From the IMG/VR virus record IMGVR_UViG_3300023184_000166, positions 1 through 53,704 of that record: a DNA stretch of 53,704 nt. One strand, given 5' to 3'. A program made the translations under genes and the position numbers. Position 1 is the first letter of the stretch, and every line of letters begins with the position of its first letter. The DNA comes from a virus. Lineage: Duplodnaviria; Caudoviricetes. Of this stretch, positions 50,416 through 53,704 are shown piece after piece. The notes beneath the pieces were generated by a model, which was not told the DNA's origin, ran no database searches, and saw only the letters and a list, made by a program, of their open reading frames with translations.

Positions 50416-50790
50416 TTAGTCGTTAATGCTGAAGTGGCTGAGCCATTCATAGAGTCGCTTCTGACGATTGCAAGAAGTCAACCCATCTTCGACCTGCAGC
50501 AACATACTCTTAGCAGCCTTAACTAACTTGTCTCGGTCATCATTGACTGACAACATCGTGCAGTAACTGCCGTCATGTACTGTGCACCATTCATTGCCAC
50601 CATCTTCAGCTACATTACCTAGATCATCGTTGCCATCATTCTTGCGGTATAGAGTATAGCGGAGCAAGGGTTCATCTTCAGAATCTTCTGGGTCGTAGTC
50701 TCCTTGGTATCCCTCACCAATATATTCCAAGACAACCTTTACCAGTCCGTTTTCCGAAACTACTTCGATATCCTTAAATTCATTTTCCAT
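50416..50790 (-). CDS. Cassette 2 ORF, acidic hypothetical protein
   Basis: 124 aa, AAGGAG RBS. Confidence 0.8.
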   Translation of the reverse strand: MENEFKDIEVVSENGLVKVVLEYIGEGYQGDYDPEDSEDEPLLRYTLYRKNDGNDDLGNVAEDGGNEWCTVHDGSYCTMLSVNDDRDKLVKAAKSMLLQVEDGLTSCNRQKRLYEWLSHFSIND

Positions 50791-50820
50791 CTCGTTCTCC
50801 TTTTAAAAAGTTTTAGTTGA

Positions 50821-50856
50821 TTACACCAGTACATCGTACTGATGTTGGGTTTAATC
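50821..50856 (-). promoter_or_regulatory. Cassette promoter-like motif 2
   Basis: GATTAA-N14-CGATGTACTGGTGTAA. Confidence 0.7.
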
Positions 50857-50873
50857 TAGGATTACAAAAAGGT

Positions 50874-51050
50874 TTATGACATTTTTTTCAAAACTTTACG
50901 GGCTTCCTCAAGTGCAAGTTCTCTGGTATCAGCCTCGCCAGTTTTATAAACTTTGTTATCGTCATCTTCAATAGACCAAATAAACTTATTGACATAATAG
51001 GTTTCATCAATTATCTTTTGATCCACAACAATCTTCAATTGCTTAATCAT
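50874..51050 (-). CDS. 58-aa ORF in inter-cassette spacer (MIKQLKIVV...)
   Basis: AAAGGA RBS abuts the 13-mer; start reassigned from 51170. Confidence 0.65.
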   Translation of the reverse strand: MIKQLKIVVDQKIIDETYYVNKFIWSIEDDDNKVYKTGEADTRELALEEARKVLKKMS

Positions 51051-51090
51051 AGTGCGTCCTTTCCTAGGTACAAAAACAAATGAACAATGT

Positions 51091-51116
51091 AATAAAAAAA
51101 AGCCCCCGAAAGGGCT
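51091..51116 (-). terminator. Cassette 3 terminator
   Basis: AGCCC-CCGAAA-GGGCT plus U-tract on minus strand. Confidence 0.75.
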
Positions 51117-51123
51117 GGTTGGC

Positions 51124-51411
51124 TTAGAGTGCAACTGGTTCGCTACGCCAAGAGAAATCTGATTTGTCATAGCTGTGGAAGCGATCAGCCTTGATCATCG
51201 CCCCTGCGGGGATGAGATGTTCAAGAGATGCGTAGACAGCACGGAGTTCAGCTTCCGTTCGCACGGTGGCGAGTACCGTCCAGCAAGACATTTCCGTGCG
51301 GGCGATCAGGTTGAAGCTCTCACCCTGCTCACGATTGATCTTGGGCAAATTCATGCCCCAAGCAGCCAAGACAAGTGCGTTGAATGATGTGTTGATTGTT
51401 GCAGTAGTCAT
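51124..51411 (-). CDS. Cassette 3 ORF, hypothetical
   Basis: 95 aa, GC-rich, AAAGGA RBS. Confidence 0.75.
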   Translation of the reverse strand: MTTATINTSFNALVLAAWGMNLPKINREQGESFNLIARTEMSCWTVLATVRTEAELRAVYASLEHLIPAGAMIKADRFHSYDKSDFSWRSEPVAL

Positions 51412-51443
51412 GGAAAAGTCCTTTCAAAGTGGGTTGTGGTTAA

Positions 51444-51480
51444 TTACACCAGTACATCGTAACGATACCGAGTTTAGTCC
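51444..51480 (-). promoter_or_regulatory. Cassette promoter-like motif 3
   Basis: GGACTAA-N14-CGATGTACTGGTGTAA. Confidence 0.7.
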
Positions 51481-51699
51481 AAGATTTATAAAACATTTTT
51501 GAAAGCCTGAATTTTGATCTTTATGAAGAGTTTATTTCCAAGATGACTATCGGGATGGCCTGCAATGGATTGTGAAGTTTTAGAGCTATTCCATGCTGTT
51601 TGTGGGCAAGCCTTATCTTTGATGGATTGAATATTGGTTTGTATGCAGATGCTTGGTGGTAGAGTTTATACTGTAGGTACAAAAACGGGTTGATGGGGC

Positions 51700-51726
51700 A
51701 ATAAAAAAAGCCCCCGAAGGGGCTTT
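51700..51726 (-). terminator. Cassette 4 terminator
   Basis: AAAGCCCC-CGAA-GGGGCTTT. Confidence 0.85.
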
Positions 51727-51729
51727 GGA

Positions 51730-52074
51730 TCAACTCCACTTGGTAGGTTCTGCAACCTCGTAGTCATAGCAGGTGTAGTCCTCGACCAGCCTGAACCCGC
51801 CATTGGGGCAGAGAGCCTCAGCCTTGGCAAGGCTGGCTTCCGCTGCCTTCAGCGTGTGGTGGGCAGACCACAAAAATTCGCAAGGGGGGTAGTCATACCA
51901 TGAGTTGCCTTCACCATCGTAGTCGAGGCCGTCATCCCATGCGAGGATGGCGAAGGGAACAATTGCCAACCCTTCTGGCAACGGGCGGGGTTCAGGGGCG
52001 TATTGGCAGCGAACGCCTTCAAGGGTGTCTTGGATAGTATCAAATTGATTGGCGGTGGTGTTTTTCATAGTCAT
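51730..52074 (-). CDS. Cassette 4 ORF, hypothetical (start 52068 or 52074)
   Basis: 112-114 aa, GC-rich, AAGGAG RBS. Confidence 0.75.
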   Translation of the reverse strand: MTMKNTTANQFDTIQDTLEGVRCQYAPEPRPLPEGLAIVPFAILAWDDGLDYDGEGNSWYDYPPCEFLWSAHHTLKAAEASLAKAEALCPNGGFRLVEDYTCYDYEVAEPTKWS

Positions 52075-52095
52075 CTCCTTTAGGGGTTAAGTTCG

Positions 52096-52131
52096 TTACA
52101 CCAGTACATCGACCCGATTGCAGGATTAGTC
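52096..52131 (-). promoter_or_regulatory. Cassette promoter-like motif 4
   Basis: GACTAA-N14-CGATGTACTGGTGTAA. Confidence 0.7.
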
Positions 52132-52352
52132 TAAGATTTTTTTGAATATTTTTAATTGCTCAATTTTGGCAATTAAGCAGCTTTATTGCCCTAGATGACA
52201 TTCGGGTCGCTTTGATAGTATTTGTGCGTTATATGAGGTGTTCTATGCGATCTAATGGACTTTAGCTGGCGAAGTTCGTGGTATTTGTCTGGGGTTAGGT
52301 AGTAGTAGGTATGTTTGTATTATAGGTACAAAAACAGGTTGATAGGGCAAAT

Positions 52353-52382
52353 AAAAAAAGACCCACGAATGGGTCTTTTTTT
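52353..52382. terminator. Cassette 5 terminator
   Basis: AAAAAAAGACCCA-CGAA-TGGGTCTTTTTTT. Confidence 0.85.
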
Positions 52383-52398
52383 ATTCCTTGCCTAGGAA

Positions 52399-52569
52399 TT
52401 AAATTTCAGTATACGCCACGCTGGCTTTTTCGCCGTAAATAAATTTTGCGTCTTTCTCGGCTTGGTTGTGGCTCTTGGCCCGAATATAAAGATTCGGTAT
52501 TTCATTCCCTTTTTCATCATAAACGATGAAAACTTTATTGCCTTTTCCGACAAACTTTACATTATTCAT
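52399..52569 (-). CDS. Cassette 5 ORF, 56 aa (below track cutoff)
   Basis: Manual translation MNNVKFVGKGNKVFIVYDEKGNEIPNLYIRAKSHNQAEKDAKFIYGEKASVAYTEI; GGAG RBS. Confidence 0.8.
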   Translation of the reverse strand: MNNVKFVGKGNKVFIVYDEKGNEIPNLYIRAKSHNQAEKDAKFIYGEKASVAYTEI

Positions 52570-52596
52570 CTTAGTATCTCCAGTAAGCCCTATTGC

Positions 52597-52632
52597 TTAC
52601 AAAGGTACATCGACTCGATAGCGGGTTTAGTC
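52597..52632 (-). promoter_or_regulatory. Cassette promoter-like motif 5
   Basis: GACTAA-N14-CGATGTACCTTTGTAA. Confidence 0.7.
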
Positions 52633-52705
52633 TGGAATTTTATAAAATATTTTTTATACTTTTGTGTTTGTATTGTAGGTACAAAAACAGGTTGATAGGG
52701 CAAAT

Positions 52706-52730
52706 AAAAAAGGCCCACGAATGGGCCTTT
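52706..52730 (-). terminator. Cassette 6 terminator
   Basis: AAAGGCCCA-CGAA-TGGGCCTTT. Confidence 0.85.
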
Positions 52731-52732
52731 AA

Positions 52733-52924
52733 TTATTCTTGTTCGTAACCTTCAAACCATGGCCCTCTAATTCGGGTTCGTTCCACGGACTTCTTTTTTG
52801 TTGCAGTTCGACTTGAAGTTTCAGGATTTTTGCAATGAGATTGAGCTTCTTCCAGCGTTAGTCCAGTCTTTAAAGTTTTGTTTCCGCCGTTGAAGTAAAA
52901 TCGAATTATTTTGTAAGTAGTCAT
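52733..52924 (-). CDS. Cassette 6 ORF, small phage protein
   Basis: 63 aa; YKIIRF..TGLTLEEAQSHCKNPETSS..WFEGY; GGAG RBS. Confidence 0.8.
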   Translation of the reverse strand: MTTYKIIRFYFNGGNKTLKTGLTLEEAQSHCKNPETSSRTATKKKSVERTRIRGPWFEGYEQE

Positions 52925-52951
52925 CTTAATCTCTCCAGTAAGCCCTATTGC

Positions 52952-52987
52952 TTACAAAGGTACATCGACCCGATAGCGGGTTTAGTC
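52952..52987 (-). promoter_or_regulatory. Cassette promoter-like motif 6
   Basis: GACTAA-N14-CGATGTACCTTTGTAA. Confidence 0.7.
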
Positions 52988-53048
52988 TAGAATTTTTTGA
53001 ACTTTTTTTGAATAAGTTGCCTAGGTACAAAAACAGATTGATGTGGCA

Positions 53049-53071
53049 ATAAAAAAAGCCCCCGTAGGGGC
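53049..53071 (-). terminator. Cassette 7 terminator
   Basis: GCCCC-CGTA-GGGGC plus U-tract on minus strand. Confidence 0.8.
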
Positions 53072-53078
53072 AGTTGGA

Positions 53079-53255
53079 CTATTTCCTAGGCTTGCTTAAA
53101 TCACACGCAAAGGCCTTGTAGGGATAAACATCTAAGGAATTGTATTCCTTGCAAAATTCTACTACATCTTCATAACTTTCTAACCAAAAAAAAGCACCAT
53201 ATTCAGAATCAAATGGTTCAACCTTCAAAATTGTTGCACAAAATAAATAATCCAT
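53079..53255 (-). CDS. Cassette 7 ORF, 58 aa (below track cutoff)
   Basis: Manual translation MDYLFCATILKVEPFDSEYGAFFWLESYEDVVEFCKEYNSLDVYPYKAFACDLSKPRK; AAAGGAG RBS. Confidence 0.8.
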   Translation of the reverse strand: MDYLFCATILKVEPFDSEYGAFFWLESYEDVVEFCKEYNSLDVYPYKAFACDLSKPRK

Positions 53256-53284
53256 TTTTCAGTCTCCTTTAAGGGTTAAGTTCT

Positions 53285-53320
53285 TTACATCAGTACATCG
53301 ACCCGATAGCGGGTTTAGTC
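53285..53320 (-). promoter_or_regulatory. Cassette promoter-like motif 7
   Basis: GACTAA-N14-CGATGTACTGATGTAA. Confidence 0.7.
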
Positions 53321-53451
53321 TAAGATAAATCAAAAAAATTTTATACTTTTTTTTAAAAGATGCGTTTGTATTGTAGGTACAAAAACAGGTTGATAGGGCA
53401 ATAAAAAGTGTTTCTTTTCTTTACCATAAAGATTAGAAAAAGAATAATTCT

Positions 53452-53481
53452 TAAGGTGTGGAAGATTTTCTCCACACCTTA
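53452..53481 (-). terminator. Cassette 8 hairpin (different stem from other cassettes)
   Basis: TAAGGTGTGGA-N8-TCCACACCTTA. Confidence 0.55.
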
Positions 53482-53525
53482 CATAAACTACACCCATGGT
53501 AAGGTATTACCTTACTAAACTGGCA

Positions 53526-53681
53526 TTAAATCGGATTATATTTGCAAATAAGTTTGCGAATAATTTTTTCAACATTACAACCTCTTACTCCATCCAAAAA
53601 AATCTCAGAATTAGCGCCAAAATTAGATTTATAAATTGTATAAGTTCCATCGTTTTGTTTTCGGGAAAAAAAACTTATCAT
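53526..53681 (-). CDS. Cassette 8 ORF, 51 aa (below track cutoff)
   Basis: Manual translation MISFFSRKQNDGTYTIYKSNFGANSEIFLDGVRGCNVEKIIRKLICKYNPI; same leader and RBS as cassette 7. Confidence 0.75.
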   Translation of the reverse strand: MISFFSRKQNDGTYTIYKSNFGANSEIFLDGVRGCNVEKIIRKLICKYNPI

Positions 53682-53704
53682 TTTCAGTCTCCTTTAAGGG
53701 TTAA

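Larger units (their letters stand above)
49817..53386. repeat. Invariant 13-bp dispersed repeat TAGGTACAAAAAC (8 copies)
   Basis: Starts at 49817, 50338, 51065, 51674, 52323, 52676, 53022, 53374. Confidence 0.95.
49817..53704 (-). other. Array of at least 8 promoter-ORF-terminator gene cassettes delimited by an invariant 13-mer
   Basis: TAGGTACAAAAAC x8, GTACATCG-N14-TTA(G/A)TC x7, hairpin terminators, unrelated ORFs. Confidence 0.9.

Noticed and set aside
51577-51602. GTTTTAGAGCTATTCCATGCTGTTTG resembles the S. pyogenes CRISPR repeat 5' half (possible RNA anti-CRISPR)
   Set aside because: Needs a 4-nt insertion, lacks the 3' half, and the homologous spacer near 52230 does not keep the match; probably chance
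51521-51739. 72-aa minus-strand ORF and the N-terminal extension of 50874..51170
   Set aside because: Both translate through terminator and 13-mer scaffold (PFGGFF); the homologous spacer has a stop in the same frame
52462-52695. 77-aa plus-strand ORF
   Set aside because: Antisense to the RBS-supported 56-aa cassette 5 ORF and its promoter motif
49817-53386. CRISPR array: the minus-strand 13-mer starts GTTTTTGTAC like a Streptococcus thermophilus type II-A repeat
   Set aside because: Only 13 bp conserved, spacing about 350-730 bp with whole genes between copies, no cas genes in the window
1-53704. tRNA/rRNA genes, introns, inteins, alternative genetic code
   Set aside because: No cloverleaf, rRNA or splicing motifs recognised by eye; long genes are intact under the standard code with all three stop codons used

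Overview
AT-rich segment of a large (jumbo-type) T4-like myovirus genome, standard genetic code; host not determinable. 1-29 kb is a minus-strand virion block: three paralogous PKD-domain proteins, baseplate genes (gp7/gpI-like, gp6, gp25, gp5, gp27-like, gp53, tube initiator), a 3412-aa tape measure with 246-bp tandem repeats and a gp2-like DNA end protector. 29-49 kb is an accessory region: a CCA-type nucleotidyltransferase with altered catalytic/specificity motifs, HAD phosphatase, DNA MTase flanked by 35-bp direct repeats, SpeD, ClpP, thioredoxin, C39 peptidase, glycosyltransferase-like proteins, a degenerate gp21 paralog and many ORFs with T4 capsid-targeting-like N-termini. At about 49.5-49.8 kb a non-coding G/C-run region coincides with an apparent GC-skew switch. 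The most striking feature is 49.8 kb to the window end: an array of at least 8 single-gene cassettes, each with a conserved non-sigma70 promoter-like motif (GACTAA-N14-CGATGTAC), an unrelated small ORF, an intrinsic terminator and an invariant 13-mer (TAGGTACAAAAAC). All family calls are from motif recognition by eye, without database searches.
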